From: Malacoraja senta
Taxonomy: Eukaryota
Direction: 5' to 3'
NCBI GenBank assembly: GCA_038087875.1
Contig: JAXLNO010004798.1
Coordinates: 1 to 64,000 of the forward strand
Length of the DNA: 64,000 bases
In this document: in pieces, positions 1 through 13,828 of the stretch
Layout: every line of letters starts with the position of its first letter
Position numbering within the stretch: the stretch's first letter is position 1
Made by a program: the position numbers and the translations under genes
Notes under the pieces: model-generated
Told to the model about the DNA's origin: nothing
The model's input: only the letters and a program-made list of their open reading frames with translations
Databases searched by the model: none

Positions 1-650
1 GCATTTCATTCCAAAGAGGAAGAACGATTCTAAGGGGAGTAAGAGGCAACCGTGGCTGACAAGGGAAGTGGGGGATGGAATAGATCTAAAAGAAAAGGTG
101 CATAACATGGCAAAGAGTAGCGGGAAGCCAGAGGGTTGGAAAACTTTCAAAGGACAACAGAAGATAACAAAAAGGGCAATACGGGGTGAAAAGATGAAGT
201 GCGAGGGTAAGCTGGCCAATAATATAAAGAAGGATAATAAAAGCTTATTTATGTTTGTTAAGATAAAAATATTAGTAAAGACAAACAAGGGACCCTTGAT
301 GGTACAAACAGGTGAAATTATTATGGTGATCAAGGAAATGGCAGAAGAGTTGAACAGGTACTTTGGTTCTGTCTTCACTAAGGAAGACACAAACATTCTC
401 CCAGATGTACTAGAGGAAAATGGATCTAGGGAGACAGAGGAACTGAAGTTACATTCGGCGAGAAATTGAATTGGGTAGACTGAAGGGACGGAAAGCTGAT
501 AAATCCCCGGGGCCTGATGTTCTGTATACCAGGGTACTCAAGGAGGTGGCTCTAGAAATCGTGGACGCATTGGTGATCATTTCCAATGTTCTATCGATTC
601 AGGATCAGTCCCTGTGGATTGGAGGGTAGCTAATGTTATCCCACTGAAAA
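1..650 (+). mobile_element. CR1-clade LINE fragment (ORF2 linker and RT N-terminus), degraded
   Basis: ORF 68..469 (MAEELNRYFGSVFTKED) followed by KSPGPD..RVLKEVALEIVDALVII and a DWRVANV-type sequence; homologous to the CR1 at 27400-27950. Confidence 0.85.
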
Positions 651-2083
651 ACTATTCGACTGACATAGCATCCATTTTGCTCAGACACCAAGAAAACTAC
701 ATATTTGATAACGCATGAACCAAATGTCCCAAGGAGGTCGGTTATTAAGCAAGAATCTGACCACCGTGTCTTTGTGAACCACCGATAATACCCAACAAAG
801 TCTCGGTTATTTTTGAAATAAGTTGTTACCCAGTACTTTACCAACAAAATATCACGGTTCCTTTGTACACTCTCAAGTGCATCTGAAAATTCATTACGAA
901 ATGTCCCAATATTCGACACTACTATGGCCCAGACACCGCTTGCCACCATCCTTTTCCAACCTCATATATCGTGATCCTTTTCATATCCAAAGAAAATCTA
1001 CCTATGTTTATTTTTTGGTACAGTCCCTGCAACCCTCTTGGGCAGAGCGTTTCATAGATTTTCTACCCTCTGTGCGACGAGATCTCTATTCATTCCGCCC
1101 TGAATGGTTAAACTCTTATTTTATGGCAATTTGCTCTCTGCTCTGGACATCCAAATAAGATGTCCTTGAATCTTGTACCTTTCAATGAAACCAGCCTATT
1201 ATCCAAACTCTGTAGTACACAGGGTAGTCAGTTATATTTCTCCCCAGAGGACAACTCCAATTCCCAATTACAGAAATAATTTCAGCAATATTCCGCCCTA
1301 GATAAGACAACTCTCCAGTCACATGTTAATGGGGAGAGATGTTTATCTACCTACTCAAATGCCCTTGCAATATCGTTTGCTTTCCAAATTGCTCGTGTTA
1401 GCTATATGTTGAATTCAGGAATTCATGCACAAGTATGCTTTGATTCATCTGAACGTGAACACTTTTCTACCTCTCAGCATTTGAAAATAATATATTTCCA
1501 CGTTATTTACAGCCTGGGGGCATGACCTCAGACGTTTCACTCTAAATTCAATATGTCATGGCTTCGCCAGTTCAGTTATCGTTTCTATATCCCATTAATG
1601 CAAATGCATTTGCATCAGAACTCAGACTGCACCCATTCTTTCTTCATCTAGGTTCAATAATAACTTCAGTTTATTGTTCTCATTAGCTAGTTTCCAGATT
1701 GTGATGTAATTCAGAATTGGTCACTTTCGCTAATCATAGTTCCTCCACCTTCCACCATCCAATGTTTATTACGCTATTTATTTCTTCACGGATTAGTTAC
1801 TCGTCTTATTTTTCGTGGAGCCACATTTCAGTATTACTGAACTATATCTCCATCCTCTTTTCTTATCAGTTACCCCTTCTTGACTATGGACATCGCTTGC
1901 ATTTCCATACCGATTGATTTCCTCTTTTTAATATTGGTGTCATTTGCTAAATTTTACACTATTATGCTTGCATTCAGAATCGGTTCACTTTACTCAGCCG
2001 CAATCTAAACCAGCAGTCAAAGTAGTGACAAAACTTGCACATATTGGTTTAAAGCAAACTTACGAGTGTTATTATTATCTCAC

Positions 2084-4555
2084 CTCGTCACTTACTGTGC
2101 TGCTTTTGTTCGCGTACTTTGCATTCAATGTGGATTTCTCTATTTCCATGACTTCGCTATCCATATAATTCTCACCCGTTGACTGAATACACACTTTAGG
2201 AACCAAACCAGTCGCCTTCGACGAATTTAATGTTGAACATGCCTCATAGCGGAAACTTTGGGAAAGTGGATCCCCTCCAAAGACATCGACGTAATTAGGA
2301 GCGATGTGAATATTTCGGCTAGCTTTTTGAATCCCATTCAGCGGATTCCTTGCTTCAAAGCAGCAACAAATTTCTATATAGCAAACGGTATCGGCAAAAC
2401 GAAGCCTCTGCCTTTGAACTTTAGAAGCCAAGATAATTAAAACCATGAAGAATATCGACGATATTATCCCCAAAGAAATTACTAGGTAAAGACTTAAGTC
2501 AGAGGTTACGTCACGATTTTCAGAGAGACTACTTGTACCAGAGTTCAGCTCTGTCTCCCTCTCCACGACTGACAAGGCAATAGTAATTGTGGCAGTTAAA
2601 GATGGCGCTCCACTGTCTTTTACTAAAATCAGCAAACGTTGGCTATTACCATCTTGCTTTTCTATCCTACGGGTGGTCCAGATATCGCCTGTGTAGGCTG
2701 AAATGGTAAAAAGGTCAGGAACAGTCCCTTGTCTTATTTCATAAGAAAGCTGTGCGTTTTGGCCGGAGTCTGCGTCAGTAGCTGATACCTTAGCAACCAT
2801 ATATCCAGGTTCAGCGAAGCGAGGCACAGTCTCTGTCACAGTTGATCCAAACACAGACACTGGGTGCACAATTACGGGGGCATTGTCGTTCTGATCAACC
2901 ATAATAACATCCAGGGAGGCTTTGCTACTGAGTTGTGGAACTCCAGAGTCCCGGACTTGAATTTGGATCTGGAAGTTTTTAAGATCCTCGTAGTCAAAAG
3001 ACCGCTGAGAATATATGATTCCATTTTCAGAGTTGATTTGAACGAAAGAGGTCGCCAGCTCGCCCTGAATATATGTCTCGGCGATGGAATATGTTAGTAG
3101 CGCATTCTGATTTACATCTGTATCAACGGCGGTCACTTGAAAAAATGAATTCCCAATGATATTATTCTCCATGATGTAAGCGTTATAGGAAGATTGTGTA
3201 AAGCGCGGAGAGTTGTCATTTACATCAGAAACCTCCACCAAGATAGTTTTGTTGGAAGATAGTGGAGGGCTCCCTGCGTCGCTGCAGGTGATAATAACGT
3301 CATATTTAAAGACGCTTTCGCGGTCCAGTAGTCGCCGAGTGACTAATCTATAATAGTTCTTTAAAGATGCTTCCAGTCTGAAGGGAAGATCACGCCCGAT
3401 TTCACATTTTACCTGTCCATTCTCTCCAGAATCTTTGTCAGCTGCGCTGATCAGGGCCACAACAGTTCCAGATGGGGCATGTTCACTAACTGGACTAGAC
3501 AAAGACGCCAAGGTAACTTCAGGGGTATTATCATTCTCATCAGTAATATCCACCAACACATTACAATATACGGGCACGGCAGTAGGGCCCTTGTCGACAG
3601 CTTGCACGTTAATAGCGTAGACATTGTTGTCTTCGTAGTCTAAGGAACCTTCAACAGTAATCTCGCCGGTTTTCGAATCTACAGAAAATAGCTGAAGTAC
3701 TTTAACTGTTATCTGGCTGCTAAATGAGTATTCAATCTCTCCATTAGTACCGGCGTCGAGGTCGGTAGCATTTACTTGGATCACCAGAGTATTTTTAGGT
3801 GCATTTTCTAAAAGACTGACCTTGTAACTCGTTTGCAGGAAAACAGGTAGATTGTCGTTTGCGTCCTGTACCTCCACTGTGACCTCTGCTGTACCCGATC
3901 TTTCGGGGGACCCGCTATCTTTAGCCGTGAGCACTAACCGATGGGTTGATTGCTTTTCTCTATCCAGAGACCTCACCAGAACCAACACCGGAAAATTTCC
4001 CAACCCTCTTCGCGTCTCCACATCCAGTGTAAAATAATCGTTCGGAAGGAGACCATAGCTTTGTACCGAGTTGCTTCCGACGTCTGGGTCGAACGCAGAT
4101 TCGAGGGGAAAACGCGTCCCTGGTGCGGCAACCTCGGAGATTTCTAGGTGCAGTTTGTCCTTCTGAAATCTCGGCGCATTGTCATTTACATCTAGAATCT
4201 CCACTTCAACATGAAATAAATTAAGTGGGTTCTGAATTACGGCTTCCAACGAGAGCACACACGTAAGAATGGACCCGCAGAGCTGTTCTCTGTCTATTTT
4301 CCTATTCACGAATAAAATTCCGCTCTCTAAATTTACCTCCAAATACTGTTCCTTGGTTCCGGCCACAATCCGCAATCTGCGAGACCTGAGCTGGTTTACG
4401 TCAAAACCTAAATCGGCTGCGATATTCCCAACAAAGGCTCCGTGTTGTAGCTCTTCAGGAATTGAATACCGAATCTGCCCAAAAACCGCACCGCACGAAG
4501 ACAATATGTGGAACAATAGATGCCATTTTAGCGACCAAATTATTTTACATCTCAT
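2084..4555 (-). CDS. Clustered protocadherin variable exon 1 (signal peptide, EC1-EC6, TM, variable cytoplasmic domain)
   Basis: 826-aa ORF with QIRYSIPEE start, EC1 C-X5-C (CGSILTC), repeated DRE/DxNDN/AxDxG calcium motifs and TM LYLVISLGIISSIFFMVLIILA; donor GAG|GTGAGA at 2084/2083 (unspliced stop at 2075). Confidence 0.95.
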
Positions 4556-4739
4556 TTCTACACCGAATCATACCAATAGTTTTTAGACCAGATGGCGCCG
4601 TTTACAATCTCTGCATCAGTAAAATAAATATAATTTCTTAATCTGAAAACGGTGTTGTACAACTATACCTCTGGGTATTTTCAGAATCGCCACGTTCATT
4701 TAATTTAAGATATCTGATTTCCCTTACATTTGCCGGAGG

Positions 4740-4900
4740 GACAGTGCGCAGCAGTTCTCTACCCTGTCCTCCGCTGGTTTGATGAAAGATGAGAAGAGAG
4801 AGGGGCAGTCCGGATCACCACTCACATGGTAGCCTCTGATTGGTTGCCAGACGGTCTCGTATTGAACCAATCAGAATAATTCTCATTTGTTAAAGCGAGG
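4740..4900 (-). promoter_or_regulatory. Promoter module of variable exon 1
   Basis: TGCGCA 4745-4750; CCGGATCACCA 4810-4820 shared with the exon 2 promoter; ATTGG 4839 and CCAAT 4867; CGCTTTAA (minus strand) 4890-4897. Confidence 0.65.
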
Positions 4901-5249
4901 ACGCGGTATTTTCCTTTCGCATTTATTGCTGTACAACCACTAATTAATTTTGCAATTTTGCCTTTTATTCGCTTCTTTTTCAAAATCAGATCGAAGACAG
5001 TATTACAGCTGACGTTAAGTGTCTGTTTTACACAATTACCGGCAAGATTCATGTCTCATTAAATATGTAAACGTGGGGCAGTTCTGTAAACGCACGGAGA
5101 CCCTTACACCCGCTGAGTTTCTCCAGCATTTTTGTCGACACTTACAAGATATGAGCTTCATTACATCCATTTATTTCAGCGCAGATATTTGCTTGCAACA
5201 TACTGTTTTGATTTAACAATCTCATTCATTGGTGCATAGAATTTCAAAT

Positions 5250-5584
5250 NNNNNNNNNNNNNNNNNNNNNNNNNNNNNNNNNNNNNNNNNNNNNNNNNNN
5301 NNNNNNNNNNNNNNNNNNNNNNNNNNNNNNNNNNNNNNNNNNNNNNNNNNNNNNNNNNNNNNNNNNNNNNNNNNNNNNNNNNNNNNNNNNNNNNNNNNNN
5401 NNNNNNNNNNNNNNNNNNNNNNNNNNNNNNNNNNNNNNNNNNNNNNNNNNNNNNNNNNNNNNNNNNNNNNNNNNNNNNNNNNNNNNNNNNNNNNNNNNNN
5501 NNNNNNNNNNNNNNNNNNNNNNNNNNNNNNNNNNNNNNNNNNNNNNNNNNNNNNNNNNNNNNNNNNNNNNNNNNNNNNNNNNNN
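5250..5584. other. Assembly gap (N run)
   Basis: Run of n. Confidence 1.
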
Positions 5585-5877
5585 TGTATCTTGATTCTTC
5601 CCTGTAATTATCAGGCACCTGAACCCATCCTATCACTAACTAGAGAGTGGTCCTGATCCTCCATCTACCTCATTGGAGACCCTCGGACTCTGTAATCGGG
5701 CTTTACTGGACTCTATTTTGCATTAAACGTCATTCCCTTTATCCTGCAACTGTACACTGTGGACGGCTCGATTGTAATCATGGAATGTCTTTCTGCTGAC
5801 TGGATAGCGCGCAGCCAAAAAAAAAACACGTTTCACTGTGCCTCGGTACACGTGACAATAAACTAAACTAAACTAAA
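5585..5877 (+). mobile_element. LINE 3' end (Rex1/L2-like) with GACAATAAA and (CTAAA)n tail
   Basis: Ends tttcactgtgcctcggtacacgtgacaataaactaaactaaactaaa; the same tail type recurs at ~53165-53212 and ~51135-51230. Confidence 0.55.
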
Positions 5878-8800
5878 GATTAACGGGACTCGTAGCGTGA
5901 TGCTAATCGAGAGAAGCTAGGAACATGACTTATGTATTCCCATGGCTGATATTAAGCACGTCCGGTGTTTTCCGGAAGGTGCATTCCTTCATCGGTTTGG
6001 AAGGTATGAAGTAGAGGAACATTTGTAATTACCTTCCAATTGTTAATGTGTGCCACTATCTTGAACGGGTTGGAGTTCATATATGAAGGCGCACATCCTG
6101 CAGAGACGCGCATATGAAATTTTGATACAACTAAATGGGTTATACAGTGGGTTGCGAGGTCAATTCGTGACACGAACATCGGTACATGGAGTAAGTACTG
6201 AGAATCATTTTCACTGGGTGGAAATGTGCAATACTAGAGGGCATAGTTTTCAGTAGAGACGGTAAAAGTTCTAAGGCGTTTTCAGTGGCACGTTCTTTAA
6301 ACGGAGGTTGGCGGGTGCCTGGAAAACACTGCCAGCGTTGGCGGCGGAAGCTGATAAGGCCGCTGTAATGTTTAAGAGGCTTTTCGATAGATACGTGAAT
6401 ATGCAGAGAATGGAGGGATGTGGGTCACCTGGGGACTTGGATTTCAACGGGCATTATGTTTTGAAATCCCGTTTTATTTCTTCAGTGACACCTATCGCCC
6501 CAATTTACCTCTCCAATGTACCCATGTCTCATAGCACATCGGCGCGAGAATAACGTCCATCTAAGAACAAGGCAATCGGTTCCTTGTCACCATAATCACG
6601 AGCTCTCCAATCATGTTCGTTTGCTAATTGCGCAAAGATTCGGCTGAGAAAACAAAATGTTAACTGGTAACATCAGATGGTAAACGTGAACTAGTCCTCA
6701 TCTACCCGACGAGCCCACAATTAAATATGATGGTCAGAAATGTTTCAGGTCATAATCTGTACAAACATAAATATTACAAAATTAATACTGACTGATAATT
6801 CGTAATAAATGTCATGCGTCGGTCCAAAACCTACTGACACAGAAGTGAAAATAAGTGTTCTAGTATGGGCCTACGAAGGGCTGTCGATGAAACTGATAAC
6901 GGCTTTTATTTCTACATGTAATGCTAGAAAGGGTCCATCGTTTCCCATTTTAGCTTGCCATTTCGTTTCAGGAAGTATGCGATGCGCAACTGCAAACTTC
7001 CGAAATCTCTACTTGCATTTAATTCTCTAATTTGTGAGAACAATTTTGAGAATGTGAGGAATGATAACTGCCAAGACCTTTAGCCCTGCAATATTATCTT
7101 CGCCGATTGTAAATGATTGGGCCTTTTTATGCCGCCTCTCTGTTAGGAAATATATGCGATTACGAATTAGCAGATTTATTATATGTGTGGCAATCTTAGA
7201 GAATGTTTTATATATATGGTTTATATATATTTTCTTGTTGAATTTCAGTTTTATTTATTAAATATATTTTGGGAAACTCTGCACATTTTACAATGCAATG
7301 TGTAGAAAGGAACATCAGATGGTGGTTCAGTCCTTTCTACACACTTGCCTGCTCCACTGCGAAATCTCCTCAAGGTGTACCTACTTAGAAGTGGTTCTCC
7401 TTCTCTCTTCGACGGGAGTTCTTTGAGACCTTCACTCACTGTTCCCCCTCTGGGACCGGCTCTGCTTTATGTGGCATTTTCTTACCTGCAGTCCCGCCCA
7501 CCCCCCCCCACCTCCACGTCCCCTACTTTCAGGTGGAAACGTCACCCATCCTTTTTCTCCGGCGATTCTGCCTGCCTCGCTGAGTTAATCCAGCACTTCG
7601 TATCTATCTTTGGATAGCAATGTGTTTGAAATAAAGAAATGTTGAGCCTGCTTGAATTGTTTTCCCGATAACGTGGGAGACAGAGGATGAAATGATATTA
7701 TTTTACAGGATGATGAGCGGCAGACAATGTTGATATTTAAATTATTTCATTCCTGGGAGAAAATGCCCAGTACCAGGTGCCATACGTTTTTGGTGAGTAA
7801 ATAAATTATGGTGGAGATTTGTGAGGCTGATTTTTGGTACAAAGTGTGCTAGGTGGTAGACGCAAATATAATAGCAACTTTTAAGAGGAATTTGGGGAAA
7901 TACTGAAGGGGTAGGATATGGAGGGATACACATCGTGTGCAGGCAAATGGCATTAGTTTAGACTGGCATCGTGGTCGGCGCAGACAATGTGGGTTGAAGG
8001 ATCTGTTCTTGAGCAATGCTCTTCAATGTTGGGAAATTGATTGGCCGTGTACTTTTATACATATGTCTCCTAAAATGTCCACATATTTTAATTGGAGCAA
8101 TGCAGCGTAATGTGGTCAACTTGTATGAGATCGCGTTGATTTGTGCAGATATGACACTCAATTTAAATATATGTATTGAATTCTCATAGTTACCATTATA
8201 TTTGTCCCCCTAATCCAATTGTTTGACTGGTGCTCCTTCTCTCAATACTGATCTTAAGACTTTCGGCTTTCTTTTAACACCATAACCTACCAACAACCTT
8301 TGTCGTGGAAGTCTGTCCATTTTATTACATTTATCCGTTTTTCCCACTCCCGTGCATCAAGTTGATATTACTTTGTTTTCCCCAAATTCACCTCATCAAA
8401 CGTGTTCACATTGAACATTCCCCTCAGAATAACATGTCTAATCACTTCCAGCTCCTTCTAATACACATGAAAAACCTCATAGACACTGGAAGATAAAATA
8501 ATAACACAAAGTGCTTGTTGTACTCATTGGGTGAGGCCGTCTGTGTGAGAATAACACAGAGCGAAAGTTTCTGGTCGAAGACCACTTGTCAGAACCGGAA
8601 AAGAGTGGAGAGAAGCATGAGGTGTAGGAAGGATATATCTGATAGGGTAAAAACGAGTGACCACGGGGATAAGTTGTAAACAAGACTAAATGATCAATGA
8701 GGGAGTGTGACCATTTACAGACTGAGAACATAGCCAAAATATTGTGGACAAAAGATTGAAGTAGTTCAGGAATACAGAGCAGGGAAGCATGCTCGGCAAG

Positions 8801-9119
8801 GCAGGCTAAGCATGTCCTACCCTCCAAGAGGGAAAAATAGTTCAAAGAGGAATGCAGTCTGTTCTAGTTTACTGGTTATTTGACTGATTCAATCCTCTCA
8901 CCAAGGTTTTCTTACAAGTCCTGGGACTGCACTTTTTCGATTACTATCTCGAAAAAAAGATAAAATCAGGACCAAAGAGTATGGAGTTAAAAGGTTCAGG
9001 TGTTCAATATTCACTCATACTAGTCCTTAAATAGGTTAGCATGGAATATTTGCTGCAAACTTAAGGAGCTCTCTGCGACTCTGAATTGAAGTTGAAGTGT
9101 TTTGTTCAGAGCTACTTAC

Positions 9120-11567
9120 CTCATTGTGCTGGCAGATTAAATTATTCGCAATTTCTTTGATCTCGCGAGTGATACTAACCTTGCGTCCAGATGCGTTGTC
9201 TATTTTAGGAAACATGGCATGCCTCTTCGCAGTGCCGGAACTCGAACACGTGTCATATCGAAAACTTTGAGAAAGCGGATCACCCCCAAACACTTCCACG
9301 TAATTTGGAACAATTTCAAGATTTCTGCTGGCTTTTTGTATTCCATTCAACGAACTGCGTGTTTCAAAGCAACGGCAAGTGCCCAGATAACAATCGTGGG
9401 TCTCAAATCGACTCCTCCCTTTATAAACCTTAACGGCGAGCAAAATCACAATGACGAGAAATGTAGACGAGGTCACTCCTAAGCATATGACTAAGTAAAT
9501 GCTGAGATCCGCAAACGTTGTGGGTTCTTGAGCCGAACCGTTCGCATCAGTAAGTGTTTCCATATCATTGTCTGCCAATGATAAGATAATAGTCAATGAA
9601 GCGGAAAGTGGCGGTGAACCGTGATCTTTTACACCGACGACCAACCTTTCTCTTGTGCTGTCTTTGCTCATTATACCACGGATTGTCCAGATCTCGCCAG
9701 TATCTGGTGAAATGGTAAAAAGTCCACGATTAGTGGCCTGGATAAGTTGATAGGAAAGCCGGGCATTCTGGCCATAGTCCGCATCCTTCGCCGACACCTT
9801 GGCAACCAGATAGCCTGGTTCTGCCGAACGAGACATTGTCTCTGTTACTATTGATCCATAATCGGGTAATGGGTGTACAATTACCGGAGCGTTGTCATTC
9901 TGATCAAGGATAATAAATTCCACCGTAACATTGCTGGATAATGGCGGCTGTCCCGAGTCCGTCACCACAACCCATATCTGAATTTGTTTGAGACTCTCGT
10001 AGTCGAAAGATCTTTGCGAAAATATAATTCCTTTTTTTGATTGGATATGTACATAATTGAACACTGACTCGGTCTGAACCTGGCTCGGTACGATGGAGTA
10101 GTTTAATTCAGAGTTCTGATCTAAATCTGGATCAAAAGCTGTTACTGAAAAGATGGACGCCCCGATAACATTGTTCTCCATCACACGTGCTGTATATAAA
10201 GGCTGAGAAAAGTACGGCGAATTATCATTTATATCAGAAACTTCCACCACAATAATTTTCTTCGAGGTGAGCCCAGGTGACCCCGAATCACCGCAGATGA
10301 TTGTGATTTCATACCTCGAAATATTTTCACGATCAAGATGGTGTTGCGTGTGCAGTGTTAAATATTTTTTAGAGGATGCATCCAGATGGAAAGGAATGTC
10401 ATTTGCGACTTGACAATTCAACTTTCCATTGTCTCCAGAATCTTTATCTGTGGCACTGATTAAAGCCACAACCGTGCCTGGCTCCGAATCTTCGGGAACG
10501 GGGGTGAACAGTGTAGATACAGTGATCTCTGGCGCATTATCATTCATATCGATAACGTGAACGAGCACATGACAATAAGATGAAATCGCGGCGGGACCGG
10601 AGTCATCAGCCTGAATATTTAATTCAAACATACCGCTTTCTTCATGGTCCAAATTTCCATTGATCGTTATTTCACCTGTTTTGTAATCTACATTAAAAAG
10701 CTCACGTAATCTATCGGAGGTTTGGCGACCGAAAGAGTAAATAATCTCTCCATTTGATCCATCATCTAAATCAGTGGCATTTAATTTGATAACCAGTGAT
10801 CCTATGGGCATATTTTCCATCACGTTAACCCTGTAAACGGACTGGGAGAACTGGGGAGAGTTATCATTTACATCTTTCACAATTATTAATATTTCTGCGG
10901 TTCCTGAACGCGCGGGGACTCCGCCGTCCTTAGCAATCAGCAGTAGCATGTGTCTGGATATTGTTTCTCTATCCAGTGCTCTTTTTAAAACTAACACGGG
11001 CATGACTTCATTTCCATCTCGAGTCTCAACGTCCAATGAGAAGTAATCATTCTCAACTAACTGATATGATTGCACCGAGTTACTTCCTACGTCTGGGTCA
11101 TGAGCGCACTCAAGCGGATTACTTGTTCCTGGTGCGGCCATTTCTGAGATGTCAAGGCGCATCGAGCTTTCGGAAAAGGTCGGTTCATTGTCATTTATAT
11201 CCAGAATTTCCACTTCAGCTTCGTGCAGACTGAAAGGGTTTTCGATCATTGTTTCTAAGGAAAAGATACAGACTGCGCTCGGTCCACAGATCTGTTCCCT
11301 GTCTATCTTCTCCTTCACAAATAGATTGCCATTGTTCTCATTTACGTCGAAAAATTGTTTCGTCGGACCAGGCACAATACGGAAACTGCGAATCTTGAGC
11401 TCTTTCACGTCTAAACCCAAATCAACCGCGATATGTCCAACAAAGGCACCCACCTGCAGCTCTTCTGGAATTAAGTAACGAATCTGTCCAGAAATTAGAT
11501 CCCAGAAAGAGAACACCCAACACAGTAATATCCATGTTAACAGCCAGTGATGTCTATAACGTTTCAT
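9120..11567 (-). CDS. Clustered protocadherin variable exon 2
   Basis: Intact ORF (first ATG 11567; the track's 11576 start is GTG), QIRYLIPEE, C-X5-C (CGPSAVC), six EC repeats and a TM; perfect donor GAG|GTAAGT at 9120/9119; unspliced ORF continues to 9036. Confidence 0.95.
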
Positions 11568-11839
11568 TTCTAGCACAACACATCCCAGTTGTCTCGGCGT
11601 GACGGTTTCCTTTGTTACTTACGATTGTAGTCACTTACATTTGTTTCCCTCGACAATGTGTGAGAACAGATCAAACTAACTATCCTTTAGATCTCTGAGG
11701 ATTTCGTCTCGGTTTTTCTCAACATTTTTGCAACATTGTCCAGATTTCCGACTGCCAAATGGACGTCAGTGCTGCACGGCTCGAGATGCAGCATTCGACT
11801 GTGGCAAAATCTACGCAATGGTGTATGGGGAGGAAAGCG

Positions 11840-11950
11840 GGCGGGCCGGATCACCAGTCACAATCCAGCCTCTGATAGGCCGATGCCAAGTAATAATATT
11901 CAATCTATCCGGCATCTTCGTATTTATTAAAGCGGTGCTGTCTTGTGTAA
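11840..11950 (-). promoter_or_regulatory. Promoter module of variable exon 2
   Basis: CCGGATCACCAgTCACA..AGCCTCTGAT.GG 11846-11879 and TTAAAGCG 11927-11934, with the same spacing as the exon 1 promoter. Confidence 0.65.
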
Positions 11951-13479
11951 TCGTCACATCACATTTCACATTATTGGTTGTTCAATGAAAAATACAAACG
12001 ATGCTTTGACTATTTTGTGGGTTACATTCTTCCACGAATATAAACTCCCACTTTTATAATGTGTATGTAACAACGGACCATGTTATGCACAAGTTGTAAA
12101 CCCATGTTGTGCTGAAATGTAAAGAGTTTTAAATTCAATTGAAGCAGATATGTTTTCTAACACCCATTAGAACGGTTATCTATATTTCATAAATAATCAA
12201 AATTGAAACATCTAGAAATTGGATATCACCTCATGTTAATGCACTTGACACACGACGTGCTACTTACAACGCAATTAAATTCCCCACGAATAATTGTGAA
12301 ATTATGTAAAATATATACTGGAGATATGGCTATGGTGGTCTACGCTCCAGGTTGTGAACCAGAACGGGTAACGAGCAGCTGCATTATAGGCTATTAGTTC
12401 CCGGCACCGTTGCCTGCTAATTACTATCAGACATATAAGATATTCGCTTCATAGAGTACAGAGCTGATATCAAGAAGCGACGGGAAAATGAAGACTGGTT
12501 CGTGTACAAATTAATGCCCAGACGAATGGTGTTCCCCAATGAAGTTCTTCAATGATGTAGTATATGCAGTGCCACGCAAACGACGAAGTGTTAGAAGATC
12601 TTTGTAGGCACATCCACTCTGATTACTTTAATATCCACGATGCTGAACATTGTAAATGTAGGTAGCGCATGTAAAATGCAAAGTGATTTCGGATATACGA
12701 TATGTCAACGTGCCCTGCCTAAATCCCGTTGGATGTGATTGCATAATAGTGACCATAATCCGGCTAAGGTAATATTTAAGCATGGTTTACTATGTTCACT
12801 AAAATATGTGATGGATCCTTGTCTAACAATAACATTGCCCCATATCATTAGCGCGGTTGTACAGCAAAGCGTAAATATCTGGAGGAAATCAGCGAGTCCA
12901 ATAGCATTTGTGGAGGGAGAAATTGTCTCGTGGGGTCCGTGCATCAGGTAAAAAGGTCAATAATTCCTCCCACGTCTTAAATGCTGCTCAGCCGCCTAAA
13001 TTCCCCCCATCAATTTTTAATCCAGTTTCCACCACCTTCAGTCCATTGCGTCTATTATTGGTACAGTTTCTTTAGTATTTGGATGTACCTTTTAAATTTG
13101 TAAATATGAAATATACTTCCCAGATGATAGAGCTTCGAGTCACGTATAATTCATTCCATGGTGGATACCGAGAGAGTTGACGGGTTAAAGACAGATAACG
13201 ATACATTTTTGTTAGTTAAGTGATGACATATCCCATACAGACTGGACGTCAGTTCAAAGCTTATGGACGCTGCCATCAAGAAAAGCATTGTTTGGTCATT
13301 GACAATATTGCTTTGAGTTGCTTTCTTGAATTGTTCCAATCATCTGATGAAGTTACACCCCCAAATTATTGGAGTGTGCGATTTTCCCTAGTTAGCAATA
13401 TCATCCGAACGACGACTTATTTCGAGCGATATTGTTGCTCTTGATTTTGTACGTCCTAACGATTGCAGATTTGGTAGTT

Positions 13480-13770
13480 ATAGTCATAGAACCATAGAGT
13501 CGTAGAGTCATGGAGTCATACAGCGTGGAAACACAAGTCCTACCTGACTGCGATAGGCCAATATCCCATTATACCAGTCCTATCCATGTGCCTGTCTAAC
13601 TGTTTCTGAAACGTTGCCATAGTCCCTGCATCAACTACCTCCATTTGTAGCTTGTTCCATACACCCACCACCCTTTTTGTGAAAACGTTAGCCCTCAGAT
13701 TGCTATTGTTTTTTCGCCTTCACCTTAAACCTAAGTCCTCTGATCCTCGATTCCCCTACTCTGGGATGTA
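13480..13770 (-). mobile_element. CR1/HER1-type LINE 3' end fragment
   Basis: (AGTCATAG)n-like tail repeats and ccctcagat..ccttaaac..tcctcgattcccctactctggg, typical of a CR1 3' region in reverse orientation. Confidence 0.6.
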
Positions 13771-13828
13771 AGGCAGTAACTACCGCTGTATCACTGTGTC
13801 ACCTCCACAACTTGGTTAGTCCTCATAT

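Noticed and set aside
4269-4586. Plus-strand ORFs antisense to the Pcdh exons (also 11149-11478, 48029-48352, 46319-46639) that resemble each other
   Set aside because: They are reverse-frame shadows of conserved Pcdh codons, with no independent evidence of coding.
5229-5636. ORFs containing long X runs (also near 57200-57580 and 58370-58760)
   Set aside because: Artefacts of translating through N gaps.
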